A DNA stretch of 39,456 bases from a virus. The notes beneath the pieces are model-generated. The model was not told the DNA's origin, did not search any database, and worked only from the letters and a program-made list of their open reading frames with translations. The stretch is from the UHGV virus genome UHGV-1356089; one strand, given 5' to 3'. Numbering within the stretch: the stretch's first letter is position 1; every line of letters starts with the position of its first letter. Both the position numbers and the translations under genes were made by a program. Shown here in pieces: positions 8,710-16,494 of this stretch.

Positions 8710-9249
8710 TCACTCTCCTTTGATGCGAATGCCAGCTGCGCTTGCTGATTCTTCATATGCGCGTTTAGCAGCGTTAAGGATTGCTGCCAGTGGCGTATAG
8801 CCGCCATCCATTCGGATTGTGTTGTGGATGCCAGCCATTGTGTCGCGCAATTTGCTGTGGCTAGCAGACAGTTCTGCTATGCACTTATCTGCGGCTTCCA
8901 GCTCAACACGCAGTTTCCCTACCGTTAGCGCAATATCCTCGTTCTCCTGATCGCGGCGTTTTATGTATTGCTGGTTTCTTTCCCGTTCATCCAGCAGCGC
9001 CAGCACAGTAGCTGGACTGGCTGCGGCGATGAATTCAGCATTGGCCTGCTGTTCCATTTGGAAATCTTCATCGAAACCGCTTTCTGGATGCGCTCCTTCA
9101 ATTCTGCAAATTGGAATATATCCAGCAGCCTCGCGATGAATTAGTGCATCATCACCATCAAATCGGCCCTCTCCATATTCGAGCGACCACACACCACACG
9201 TTGCTTTCTCTGCCTTTTCACGCAGTACCTGATAGTCAATCTTGCTCAC
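8710..9249 (-). CDS. Ea22/Ead-like coiled-coil protein
   Basis: 179 aa with central coiled-coil-like segment; position and composition resemble lambdoid ea22-region proteins. Confidence 0.45.
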   Translation of the reverse strand: MSKIDYQVLREKAEKATCGVWSLEYGEGRFDGDDALIHREAAGYIPICRIEGAHPESGFDEDFQMEQQANAEFIAAASPATVLALLDERERNQQYIKRRDQENEDIALTVGKLRVELEAADKCIAELSASHSKLRDTMAGIHNTIRMDGGYTPLAAILNAAKRAYEESASAAGIRIKGE

Positions 9250-9644
9250 TGGCTGCCTCCTTTGCGAAGCTGGGCGGCTAACTCGTCACATATGTGCGTC
9301 AAAGAGCAAAGTTTGATTGATGGGTGTTCGCGCATCATCTCAACCCCCTGCGCCCGTACTTCAGCCAGGAAAGCGTCGGTGGCCGGGGTTTTGCAGGACA
9401 TTTGAATTGCCTTCTCTGTGTATAAAACACCCGTTCGATTGGCGGTATACATGATGGTGTTTACAGCATCTTGATGTGCTGATTTCACAGCCTCAACTTC
9501 AGCAGCCAGCGCCGCGCACTTGGCCTCCGCTTCAGCAAATTTACGCACCAGATATTCAGCGTTTGTTTCGTTAACCTTTAAATCTCGTGGGATGCATTTG
9601 CCTTTCAGAAAACCATCCATATCAATTAGTGTCATTTGTTTCAT
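9246..9644 (-). CDS. Hypothetical protein (132 aa)
   Basis: ORF with 4-nt overlaps to both neighbours (coupled translation). Confidence 0.55.
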   Translation of the reverse strand: MKQMTLIDMDGFLKGKCIPRDLKVNETNAEYLVRKFAEAEAKCAALAAEVEAVKSAHQDAVNTIMYTANRTGVLYTEKAIQMSCKTPATDAFLAEVRAQGVEMMREHPSIKLCSLTHICDELAAQLRKGGSQ

Positions 9645-9805
9645 TTCTTACCACTCCGCCACATCGCATTCAGATATTTGTTTTGATTCACTGATGGAAA
9701 AGAATTTCTCTTAAGCAATTCCTCTCTCGATGGCATTGGCTTTACGCGTTGGCGAATAATCATTTCTGCCGGAAGAATGCCGGGATTGTATGCAAGTCCT
9801 CTCAT
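9641..9805 (-). CDS. Small hypothetical protein (54 aa)
   Basis: Not in the ORF track (under 60 aa); AAGAGGAA RBS 5-6 nt upstream of the ATG at 9805; stop overlaps the next start (ATGA). Confidence 0.4.
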   Translation of the reverse strand: MRGLAYNPGILPAEMIIRQRVKPMPSREELLKRNSFPSVNQNKYLNAMWRSGKK

Positions 9806-9821
9806 GGTAAATTCCTCTTTG

Positions 9822-10136
9822 TTAATTTATTCGTATGCCTGCTCTTTCTTCATCGAGTTTTTTTAGCTTGTATCGCATAGCTCTTACTGAATAAATTGAG
9901 CGGCAGGTTGCAATTGCTATTTCTTCTGCGGAGAACTTACCGAAAAGTGATACTTCGGCTCTTGTCCAGCGTCTTCCACGAAGTCGGCTAACAATGTCAG
10001 CTCCAATCCTTGTTGCTTTCGCCATTACTGCTTTTTCAGTCCTTTCCAGTTTTTCAGCGATAACTTCAACTGGCATTGTCGCCGCCACTTCGCGCAAGAA
10101 ATCGACTTCCCATTTCTCCCATGGAGTCTTTTTCAT
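9822..10136 (-). CDS. Hypothetical protein, possible DNA-binding (104 aa)
   Basis: ORF in the operon; C-terminal [30 protein letters not shown] looks like a helix-turn-helix. Confidence 0.55.
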   Translation of the reverse strand: MKKTPWEKWEVDFLREVAATMPVEVIAEKLERTEKAVMAKATRIGADIVSRLRGRRWTRAEVSLFGKFSAEEIAIATCRSIYSVRAMRYKLKKLDEERAGIRIN

Positions 10137-10147
10137 AGGCGATACCG

Positions 10148-10636
10148 TTATTTGATAAGAAGTGAAGGTTTCCCAACTTTGAGTTGAGCGCCGGGGATAT
10201 TTATTCCTGCTTTTAGTTGGTGTTTGATTGCCAGTTTGTCGGCTTTAATTGTCGTTTCAAACTCAACGTATTCAGGAGGAAGGGCGCTTGAGTCGATTAT
10301 TTCTACAATTTCTGACGGTTTGCGGATTGTTACCTGGTGAATACCTGCTCGGATATTTTTCTTGCCAACCATTTCAAGCGATGACGCTATATATGATTTG
10401 ATGCTGTCAATCTTATTTTGAATTACTGCGGCTCGCTCATTCAGTGACTTTGCCTCTTCCTTGAGGCGTTCGGCATAACCAGATTCATTTTTAATGACGG
10501 AAAGTAGTTGCTCTATTTTATCGGTAAATTCTCCTTCCATACCTTCTATTGTGTCAGCAATCATCTCTGGTTCTAAATCTGAATCCATCAATTTTGCGTA
10601 TTCATTGGCTATTTCATACAGTTTGCTCACTGGCAA
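10148..10636 (-). CDS. Gp157-like protein (recombination-associated, Sipho_Gp157 family)
   Basis: 162 aa immediately downstream of and overlapping recT; size and composition fit Gp157-family proteins that pair with RecT/Sak recombinases. Confidence 0.5.
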   Translation of the reverse strand: MPVSKLYEIANEYAKLMDSDLEPEMIADTIEGMEGEFTDKIEQLLSVIKNESGYAERLKEEAKSLNERAAVIQNKIDSIKSYIASSLEMVGKKNIRAGIHQVTIRKPSEIVEIIDSSALPPEYVEFETTIKADKLAIKHQLKAGINIPGAQLKVGKPSLLIK

Positions 10637-11525
10637 CCTCCAGTTTCGCTTTGCATTCTATGTAAATGGCTTGTACGTTCTGCTGCAATTTCATTCCAGA
10701 TGTCAGGCGATATGCTTCTGCAAAATATCGCTTCAAATCATCCATGTTTTCTGCCTGAGCCATTTCATCACAAAGAAGTTGTGCTTTTTCCATTATTTCC
10801 TGCTGGCGTTTCCGTTCATCTTCGCGGATATCTTCCTCAGATTTGTGCGGCATAACTGGTTCAGTCCACACACCTTCTTCTTCGTTTAGTACGTGAATAG
10901 CACTATCAAGACGTGATGCCTTAGGCCAATACTTGCTTGCACGCTTTACGACCGTCTTTCGCGCCATCTCATTCCAGTGATTTACCCATGGTCCTTTATC
11001 GCTGAATGCTGCCTTGCTTGTTTTCCTTACAGCCTCAATTTCAGCCAGACTCATCTCTTCCGTTAGATAATCACCTGCTGGCGTCTTAACTGTGCAGTAA
11101 ACGCCAACGATATCACCACGATCACCGAAGGCGTTGTATTTATGGGTTGGTGCTTTATCAAGCCCGTTTGACTCATAGGTATCGTTAGCATGAACAAGTT
11201 TTGCCTGACCCCATGAGATAACACCAGACTCCATTGCAATATGGAGCAATCCCATATAACTGATATCAAGGCAAACCATGCCGTCGCGCGGAACCAGATA
11301 AGCCAGTTTGCTGGCCGGGTTTAAGGTGATGCCGATCGCCGCAACATTGATGATGGCGTTCTGTGCACTGGTTGGATTTGCCAGTGCTGTTTTAGCCAGG
11401 TAATCATTTTTCTGGAAATACTGAATTGCAAACTGGCTTTCCTTAGCCCATGTCACCGTCTGTTCAGTCAATGCTCCGCAGAATAACTGCTCCTGCTGTT
11501 TAACGAATTCAACGATATTGCTCAT
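10614..11525 (-). CDS. recT: RecT-family single-strand annealing recombinase
   Basis: 303 aa; GPWVNHWNEMARKTVVKRASKYWP matches the conserved RecT segment GPWVTHWEEMAKKTAIRRLFKYLP. Confidence 0.85.
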   Translation of the reverse strand: MSNIVEFVKQQEQLFCGALTEQTVTWAKESQFAIQYFQKNDYLAKTALANPTSAQNAIINVAAIGITLNPASKLAYLVPRDGMVCLDISYMGLLHIAMESGVISWGQAKLVHANDTYESNGLDKAPTHKYNAFGDRGDIVGVYCTVKTPAGDYLTEEMSLAEIEAVRKTSKAAFSDKGPWVNHWNEMARKTVVKRASKYWPKASRLDSAIHVLNEEEGVWTEPVMPHKSEEDIREDERKRQQEIMEKAQLLCDEMAQAENMDDLKRYFAEAYRLTSGMKLQQNVQAIYIECKAKLEVASEQTV

Positions 11526-11833
11526 GCTGCTTCTCCATAAATGTGTCTGCGTTTGAATATTGCGAAGGCATATTCAGCCTTAACTCTTTCGGTTATTGCA
11601 TCCCAGAACCATTCAGCGGCTTTTTCCTGATAGTTACAGTCATCATCTTCCAGCCAGTCGATAGCGTCCTTAGTGTGTTCATCTGGTTTATATGAGCGAA
11701 GCATTTCGCTTATTGGGTCGCAACGTTTGCAGAGACGATCAACTTCACTGTTGATTCGTTCGTAATCATCATCGGTAAAACTTGCGATTATTTGCGATAT
11801 TTCACGCTTATCATTCAGAGTCAGAATCATCAT
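11522..11833 (-). CDS. Hypothetical protein (103 aa), immediately upstream of recT
   Basis: ORF overlapping the recT start; acidic. Confidence 0.55.
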   Translation of the reverse strand: MMILTLNDKREISQIIASFTDDDYERINSEVDRLCKRCDPISEMLRSYKPDEHTKDAIDWLEDDDCNYQEKAAEWFWDAITERVKAEYAFAIFKRRHIYGEAA

Positions 11834-11914
11834 CTTTCTCCTGTTCTTTGTGCTGATTGAGCATTTTGTTCATCTGACGAATGAATTCTTCGTCTGACCA
11901 GTTATCTGTAAAAC

Positions 11915-12037
11915 TCATTTCCTGCGATACCACGGAAGGTTGATAGCTGATTTCATCGCTTTATTTGCTTCAAGCCACATTTTTGAATCACCAATAAATC
12001 TGGCTATTACTGCTTTGTTTTGTGCTGCACGAAGCAT
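11915..12037 (-). CDS. Kil-like small protein (40 aa)
   Basis: MLRAAQNKAVIARFIGDSKMWLEANKAM...; the FIGD-KM motif and position next to cIII resemble lambda Kil as I recall it. Confidence 0.4.
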   Translation of the reverse strand: MLRAAQNKAVIARFIGDSKMWLEANKAMKSAINLPWYRRK

Positions 12038-12051
12038 CTGGTGATTAATGG

Positions 12052-12186
12052 CTATTTCATTGCGCATAACGCCTCCAGTTGTTTCTTTGCTGCTCTGATT
12101 AATTGTTTAACTCGGCGTGATAATTCAGATTCGTGCGGGTAGAAAGCGGACATGACGCCGCTACCCGCGAGCTGAAAGTGCATCAT
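12052..12186 (-). CDS. cIII: CIII-like protein (FtsH inhibitor that protects CII)
   Basis: 44 aa; ...HESELSRRVKQLIRAAKKQLEAL resembles the lambda CIII core helix; AAGGAG RBS. Confidence 0.6.
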   Translation of the reverse strand: MMHFQLAGSGVMSAFYPHESELSRRVKQLIRAAKKQLEALCAMK

Positions 12187-12261
12187 GGGTAACTCCTTAT
12201 ATTTGATTGCATAACGAAAACGCCTCGAGTGAAGCGTTATTGGTATGCGGTAAAGCCGCTC

Positions 12262-12630
12262 TCAGGCGGCTTTGATAGTCATATCATCTGAATCAAATAT
12301 TCCTGATGTGTCGATATCGGTAATTCTTATTCCTTCGCTACCATCCATTGAAGGCCATCCTTCCTGACCATTTCCATCATTCCAGTCGAACTCACACACA
12401 ACACCATATGCATTTAAGTCGCTTGAAATTGCTATAAGCAGAGCATGTTGCGCTAGCATGATTAATACAGCATTTAATACAGCGCCGTGTTTATTGAGTC
12501 GGTATTCAGAGTCTGACCAGAAATTATTAATCTGGTGAAGTTTTTCCTCTGTCATTACGTCATGGTCGATTTCAATTTCTATTGATGCTTTCCAGTCGTA
12601 ATCAATGATGTATTTTTTGATGTTTGACAT
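12262..12630 (-). CDS. Hypothetical early protein (122 aa)
   Basis: ORF directly downstream of the terminator at 12651-12676 in the pL operon. Confidence 0.55.
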   Translation of the reverse strand: MSNIKKYIIDYDWKASIEIEIDHDVMTEEKLHQINNFWSDSEYRLNKHGAVLNAVLIMLAQHALLIAISSDLNAYGVVCEFDWNDGNGQEGWPSMDGSEGIRITDIDTSGIFDSDDMTIKAA

Positions 12631-12650
12631 CTGTTCATATCCTCACAGAT

Positions 12651-12676
12651 AAAAAATCGCCCTCACATTGGAGGGC
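12651..12676 (-). terminator. Rho-independent terminator in the pL operon (tL1-like)
   Basis: Minus strand GCCCTC-CAATGT-GAGGGC followed by GATTTTTT. Confidence 0.55.
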
Positions 12677-12833
12677 AAAGAAGATTTCCAATAATCAGAA
12701 CAAGTCGGCTCCTGTTTAGTTACGAGCGACATTGCTCCGTGTATTCACTCGTTGGAATGAATACACAGTGCAGTGTTTATTCTGTTATTTATGCCAAAAA
12801 TAAAGGCCACTATCAGGCAGCTTTGTTGTTCTG

Positions 12834-13013
12834 TTAACCAAGTTCTCTGGCAATCATTGCCGTCGTTCGTATTGCCCATTTATCGACATATTTCCCATCT
12901 TCCATTACAGGAAACATTTCTTCAGGCTTAACCATGCATTCCGATTGCAGCTTGCATCCATTGCATCGCTTGAATTGTCCACACCATTGATTTTTATCAA
13001 TAGTCGTAGTCAT
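12834..13013 (-). CDS. ral: Ral-like restriction-alleviation protein
   Basis: 59 aa, MTTTIDKNQWCGQFKRCNGCKLQSECMVKPEEMFPVMEDGKYVDKWAIRTTAMIARELG, matching lambda Ral as remembered; not in the ORF track because it is under 60 aa. Confidence 0.65.
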   Translation of the reverse strand: MTTTIDKNQWCGQFKRCNGCKLQSECMVKPEEMFPVMEDGKYVDKWAIRTTAMIARELG

Positions 13014-13082
13014 ACGGATAGTCCTGGTATTGTTCCATCACATCCTGAGGATGCTCTTCGAACTCTTCAAATTCTTCTTCCA
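12996..13082 (-). CDS. Tiny acidic ORF (28 aa) overlapping the ral start
   Basis: MEEEFEEFEEHPQDVMEQYQDYPYDYDY with AAGGTGAT RBS; overlaps ral by 17 nt in another frame. Confidence 0.3.
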
Positions 13083-13226
13083 TATATCACCTTAAATAGT
13101 GGATTGCGGTAGTAAAGATTGTGCCTGTCTTTTAACCACATCAGGCTCGGTGGTTCTCGTGTACCCCTACAGCGAGAAATCGGATAAACTCTATTCACCC
13201 CTACAGAGAGCAAAAGAGAAACGCCG

Positions 13227-13808
13227 ATGAACAACTCATGGTGGCAGGAACTAATGCATTTTTTCCTGCAAGGAATGACACTTAAACAGTTGATTCATAT
13301 GCTAATCATCCTGATCATATTGATTATTGTTATGCCGGTAAGCGTAAAAGAATGGATAAACCTGCATAATCCAGAAATCCTTCCTCATTATTGGATGTAT
13401 TACATCCTGTTGTTCTGCGTTAGCTATGTGCTTAACGGTGTTGTTAATTCCGCTTATCACGCTGTGACTGAAAGAATTGAGGTATCCGCTGCTCAGAAGC
13501 GCAAATCTAAAGAAGAAAAATATGTGCAAGATTTGTTTGATTCGTTAACTCTTGGAGAAAGAGCGTATTTGGCATTCGCTGTAGCCGCGAATAACCAGCT
13601 AAAGACAGAAAAGGGAAGCCCTGAAGCAATCTCATTGCTCGAAAAAGGGCTTCTTATTCGGATACCTTCTGCTACTGGATATCCTGAAATCGACCGTTTT
13701 GTTATCCCGGAACGCTATAGAAATGAGTGCTACATTAGGTTTGCTGGGAAGAAAGACAGTCTTATGGATGAACTTATCGCTCAGGATAAGCATGGCAAAA
13801 ACAAGTAA
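13227..13808 (+). CDS. sieB: SieB-like superinfection exclusion protein
   Basis: 193 aa with hydrophobic N-terminal segments; on the strand opposite the pL operon between ral and the N-like gene, the position of sieB in P22 and lambda. Confidence 0.65.
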   Translation: MNNSWWQELMHFFLQGMTLKQLIHMLIILIILIIVMPVSVKEWINLHNPEILPHYWMYYILLFCVSYVLNGVVNSAYHAVTERIEVSAAQKRKSKEEKYVQDLFDSLTLGERAYLAFAVAANNQLKTEKGSPEAISLLEKGLLIRIPSATGYPEIDRFVIPERYRNECYIRFAGKKDSLMDELIAQDKHGKNK

Positions 13809-13823
13809 TTAGCAAATGATTTA

Positions 13824-14096
13824 TCATCTCGCCGTCAGTTGTTTTGATTTCCTGTAGCCTGCCGCGTAAATGGCTACGTTTGGCAGGCAAACACTTCCAC
13901 TGCATTCATCAACTTTCTTGCAGCGAAGACTTCCGAGTGATGCTGCTTTGTCTGCTCTGACGCAACCAGAGAGCTTTAGCGCAATTTTTCGCGCCAGTCG
14001 CTGCTCTTGCATCGCCTGTTCACGTTGAGCCTGTCTGCGTGCTCTGCGGCGATTTCTGGCGTTATCGTCAGCCAGATATGTAATGACTACTGTCAT
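13824..14096 (-). CDS. N-type antiterminator, P22 gp24-like
   Basis: Arginine-rich NRRRARRQAQ near the N-terminus; C-terminus LPNVAIYAAGYRKSKQLTAR matches P22 gp24; ORF-track ORF trimmed to the ATG at 14096 with GGAGG RBS. Confidence 0.8.
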   Translation of the reverse strand: MTVVITYLADDNARNRRRARRQAQREQAMQEQRLARKIALKLSGCVRADKAASLGSLRCKKVDECSGSVCLPNVAIYAAGYRKSKQLTAR

Positions 14097-14150
14097 GTTG
14101 ACCTCCGATGAAACAACTTTGGAATTGATAGTGATTGCAAAGTGGTTTCT

Positions 14151-14170
14151 GGCCCCTCGAATTGAGGGGC
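14151..14170 (-). promoter_or_regulatory. Stable hairpin in the N-gene leader (GCCCCTC-AATTC-GAGGGGC), possible processing or regulatory structure
   Basis: 7-bp perfect stem ~55 nt upstream of the N start; no U-run on either strand. Confidence 0.35.
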
Positions 14171-14407
14171 AGAAAGAGCATCTCGCCACCTAATAGGTCG
14201 ATGCTCGGATCGAGAGATTTAATTAACCTCGGTTTTGAAGTTATGCATTCACATAAATCCTCCTGTTGCATGTGCAGCATTGGCTGTGTTTGGCGGCTGC
14301 ATTTCGCCTATGGAATTGACTTTGGCGGTGACGCGCCGGGTGCTTATCTTCCGGTTGCCGTCGTGCAGCTGCACTTCACGTCACCCCAAAGCCAACTACT
14401 CTTTGGT

Positions 14408-14449
14408 TCCCGCATTTCGGCGGGACAATCCCATCAATGTTAAAGAGCC
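14408..14449 (-). promoter_or_regulatory. nutL (boxA GGCTCTTTA, boxB TCCCGCCGAAATGCGGGA)
   Basis: On the minus strand between OL and the N-like gene; the boxB hairpin is identical to the one downstream of cro. Confidence 0.65.
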
Positions 14450-14496
14450 TGCCAATCTGTTCCGTTTGGCTACCAGCGTCCTGCTGATGGTTAAAG

Positions 14497-14590
14497 AATA
14501 CTGTAGGTATTTTATTTTGTAAATACTCAAGGTATTTATTTTGGTGAAATAATGATAAGCAAATGAATACAAAGGATATTTATTTTTTCG
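14497..14590. promoter_or_regulatory. OL operator cluster (three AATAC-N5-GTATT-type sites)
   Basis: AATACTGTAGGTATT (14497-14511), AATACTCAAGGTATT (14522-14536), AATACAAAGGATATT (14576-14590); same motif as the sites between cI and cro. Confidence 0.55.
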
Positions 14591-14666
14591 GCGTCTGCTT
14601 GTTCAGTGCTTTTTATGCGGGATATGTGAAGTGGATCCCGATAGCTATTGCTGCCGGGATTATGGG

Positions 14667-15056
14667 TTAGTCAGCGAAGGTTAAGACGAGAATTACCTTA
14701 ATGATGTCTGCTACAACAGACACGGCCATAGATAAACCAAAGACGATCCAAGCCATAGAGATGTCTTCACTACCATCGTATAGAGTTCCGTAATCACTGG
14801 TATAAGGCGTAAATGTCGCGCCTTGATACAATAGGTATAAGCTTGATCCATAGAGGATAAATGCAGATATCCCTTGTATTGCTATGATCACCAGAATCAT
14901 GAAACGAGCTGATCTATGCGCCCAAGCCTGGCTTATTTTTTCTGATAGAGATTTCGCAAGAAAAGCATGCGCTAAGCCGTAAATTGTCGAGATTGCCAAC
15001 ATCCCAAAAAAGCTTGCTATAGCGGTTCCAACCATAAGCGCCCCTTGCGTGATCAA
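14667..15056 (-). CDS. Predicted multi-pass membrane protein translationally coupled to cI (rex-position accessory gene)
   Basis: 129 aa with 3-4 hydrophobic segments; its ATG overlaps the cI stop (ATGA); lies between cI and OL. Confidence 0.7.
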   Translation of the reverse strand: MITQGALMVGTAIASFFGMLAISTIYGLAHAFLAKSLSEKISQAWAHRSARFMILVIIAIQGISAFILYGSSLYLLYQGATFTPYTSDYGTLYDGSEDISMAWIVFGLSMAVSVVADIIKVILVLTFAD

Positions 15057-15769
15057 ACCAGCCTTAGTTTTGTCTCAATTGCAACGCCTATAATCTTGCA
15101 GTTTCCATTGATTGGCACGAGAGGCCATGCAGGATTAAGTCCCTTGAGGTATTTATTTCCGCCGTCGATTATCAGCTTCTTGAATGTTGCTTCGTTAGAG
15201 TCAGAAAGTTTTGCTATGACCAAGCTGCCGTTGACCGCCTCCCTTCCGGTATCGAAAAGAACGAATGTTCCCTCTGGAATGCTTAACCCAACCGGTGCCG
15301 TCATTGAATCACCTTCCACTTTAAGCCAGAACGCATTACCTTGAATATGCGCGTCAGACTCAAGCCAAACATCTATGTCTTTAATGGTGTATGGTTCGCA
15401 TGCTTCACACCACGAGCCAGCCTGGATACTGCTTAACACCGGATACCTCTTTCCTGCTCTGTATTCCCCTGCATACCTTACGTTGGCATCGCTCTTAAGG
15501 CTTTCTGCCTGTTCTGCAACCTTGGCAGCAATTGACTGGCTAAAATCAGCAATTGAGACTTGCAACAACCGTGCAAAACCAGATGCAACCTCAACGTTTA
15601 GCGCGTTTCTGCCATTAAGATAATGCCCTACCGCTCCTTGGGTGATACCCAGTTCATCAGCGATTGAGTATTGGGTTATTCCCAATTCTTTCTTTTTTGA
15701 CTCATACAAAGCCTTAAGCCGCTTAGCGTCTTCGAGCTGTTCTGTCGTCAGTGATTTTTTATTTTCCAT
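15053..15769 (-). CDS. cI: CI-type prophage repressor (HTH plus LexA-like S24 autocleavage domain)
   Basis: 238 aa; HTH ITQYSIADELGITQGAVGHYLNG; Ala-Gly at RYAGEY; GDSM serine and downstream lysine motifs of S24 peptidases. Confidence 0.9.
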   Translation of the reverse strand: MENKKSLTTEQLEDAKRLKALYESKKKELGITQYSIADELGITQGAVGHYLNGRNALNVEVASGFARLLQVSIADFSQSIAAKVAEQAESLKSDANVRYAGEYRAGKRYPVLSSIQAGSWCEACEPYTIKDIDVWLESDAHIQGNAFWLKVEGDSMTAPVGLSIPEGTFVLFDTGREAVNGSLVIAKLSDSNEATFKKLIIDGGNKYLKGLNPAWPLVPINGNCKIIGVAIETKLRLV

Positions 15770-15780
15770 AGCTTAATTCT

Positions 15781-15845
15781 AATAGCTAAGGTACTTAAAC
15801 TAAAAATACCCTGAGTATTGATTGATTTGAATACCTGTAGTATTC
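15781..15845. promoter_or_regulatory. OR operator cluster (three sites) with divergent pRM/pR
   Basis: AATAGCTAAGGTACT (15781-15795), AATACCCTGAGTATT (15805-15819), GAATACCTGTAGTATTC (15829-15845); centres about 24-25 bp apart. Confidence 0.65.
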
Positions 15846-15875
15846 TTTGTTCATGGTTAATAACGGAGAGTGCAT

Positions 15876-16070
15876 ATGATTCGAATGACACTTGCCGATT
15901 ACGCCAAAATCCATGGACAGGCTAAAGCAGCCAGTGACTTTGGTGTAATCCAGTGCGCTATCAGCAAGGCCATTCTGGCAGGCCGTAACATCATGGTTAC
16001 GGTAAAGCCTGATGGCAGTGTGATTGGAGAGGAAGTTCGTCCTTTCCCAAGCAACAAGAAAAACAAATAG
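15876..16070 (+). CDS. cro: Cro repressor (lambda Cro fold)
   Basis: [37 protein letters not shown]...[13 protein letters not shown] is similar to lambda Cro; ORF-track GTG start replaced by the ATG at 15876 with GGAGAG RBS. Confidence 0.85.
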   Translation: MIRMTLADYAKIHGQAKAASDFGVIQCAISKAILAGRNIMVTVKPDGSVIGEEVRPFPSNKKNK

Positions 16071-16076
16071 TAACAC

Positions 16077-16120
16077 CGCTCTTTAACAGTCATGGTCATC
16101 ACTCCCGCCGAAATGCGGGA
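16077..16120 (+). promoter_or_regulatory. nutR (boxA CGCTCTTTA at 16077-16085, boxB TCCCGCCGAAATGCGGGA at 16103-16120)
   Basis: BoxA consensus followed 17 nt later by a hairpin identical to the nutL boxB. Confidence 0.65.
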
Positions 16121-16178
16121 ATACAACGCGCATAATTTGATGCGCATAACTTCTTATTTGTTAAGGAAATACTTACAT

Positions 16179-16472
16179 ATGGTTCGTGCAAACAAACGCA
16201 ACGAGGCTCTACGAATCGAGAGTGCGTTGCTTAACAAAATCGCAATGCTTGGAACTGAGAAGACAGCGGAAGCTGTGGGAGTTGATAAGTCGCAGATCAG
16301 CAGGTGGAAGAGGGACTGGATTCCAAAGTTCTCAATGCTGCTTGCTGTTCTTGAATGGGGTGTCGTCGACGACGACATGGCTCGATTGGCACGACAAGTT
16401 GCTTCGATTCTCACCAATAAAAAACGCCCGGCGGCAACCGAGCGTTCTGAACAAATCCAGATGGAATTCTGA
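16179..16472 (+). CDS. cII: CII transcriptional activator (lambda CII)
   Basis: MVRANKRNEALRIESALLNKIAMLGTEKTAEAVGVDKSQISRWKRDWIPKF... matches lambda CII; the ORF-track 5' extension has no support. Confidence 0.9.
   Translation: MVRANKRNEALRIESALLNKIAMLGTEKTAEAVGVDKSQISRWKRDWIPKFSMLLAVLEWGVVDDDMARLARQVASILTNKKRPAATERSEQIQMEF
16188..16201 (-). promoter_or_regulatory. pRE cII-binding site (TTGCGTTTGTTTGC)
   Basis: Minus strand TTGC-N6-TTGC overlapping the cII start, as at lambda pRE. Confidence 0.6.
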
Positions 16473-16494
16473 GGTCATTACTGGATCTATCAAC
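16418..16494 (-). ncRNA. oop: oop antisense RNA with intrinsic terminator
   Basis: Minus strand GTTGATAGATCCAGTAATGACCTCAGAA...GGTTGCCGCCGGGCGTTTTTTATT matches lambda oop as I recall it; overlaps the cII 3' end. Confidence 0.7.

Noticed and set aside
14151-14190. First nutL candidate (hairpin GCCCCTC-AATTC-GAGGGGC with adjacent TGCTCTTTC)
   Set aside because: A better nutL at 14408..14449 has a boxB identical to nutR and a properly spaced boxA; the 14151 hairpin is kept only as a possible leader structure.
14135-14522. Plus-strand ORFs (95-102 aa) in the OL/N-leader region
   Set aside because: They overlap nutL and the OL operators on the wrong strand; the region is better explained as the N leader.
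16092-16178. N-terminal extension of the cII ORF in the ORF track
   Set aside because: It would cover nutR and has no homology support; the lambda-like CII sequence starts at the ATG at 16179.
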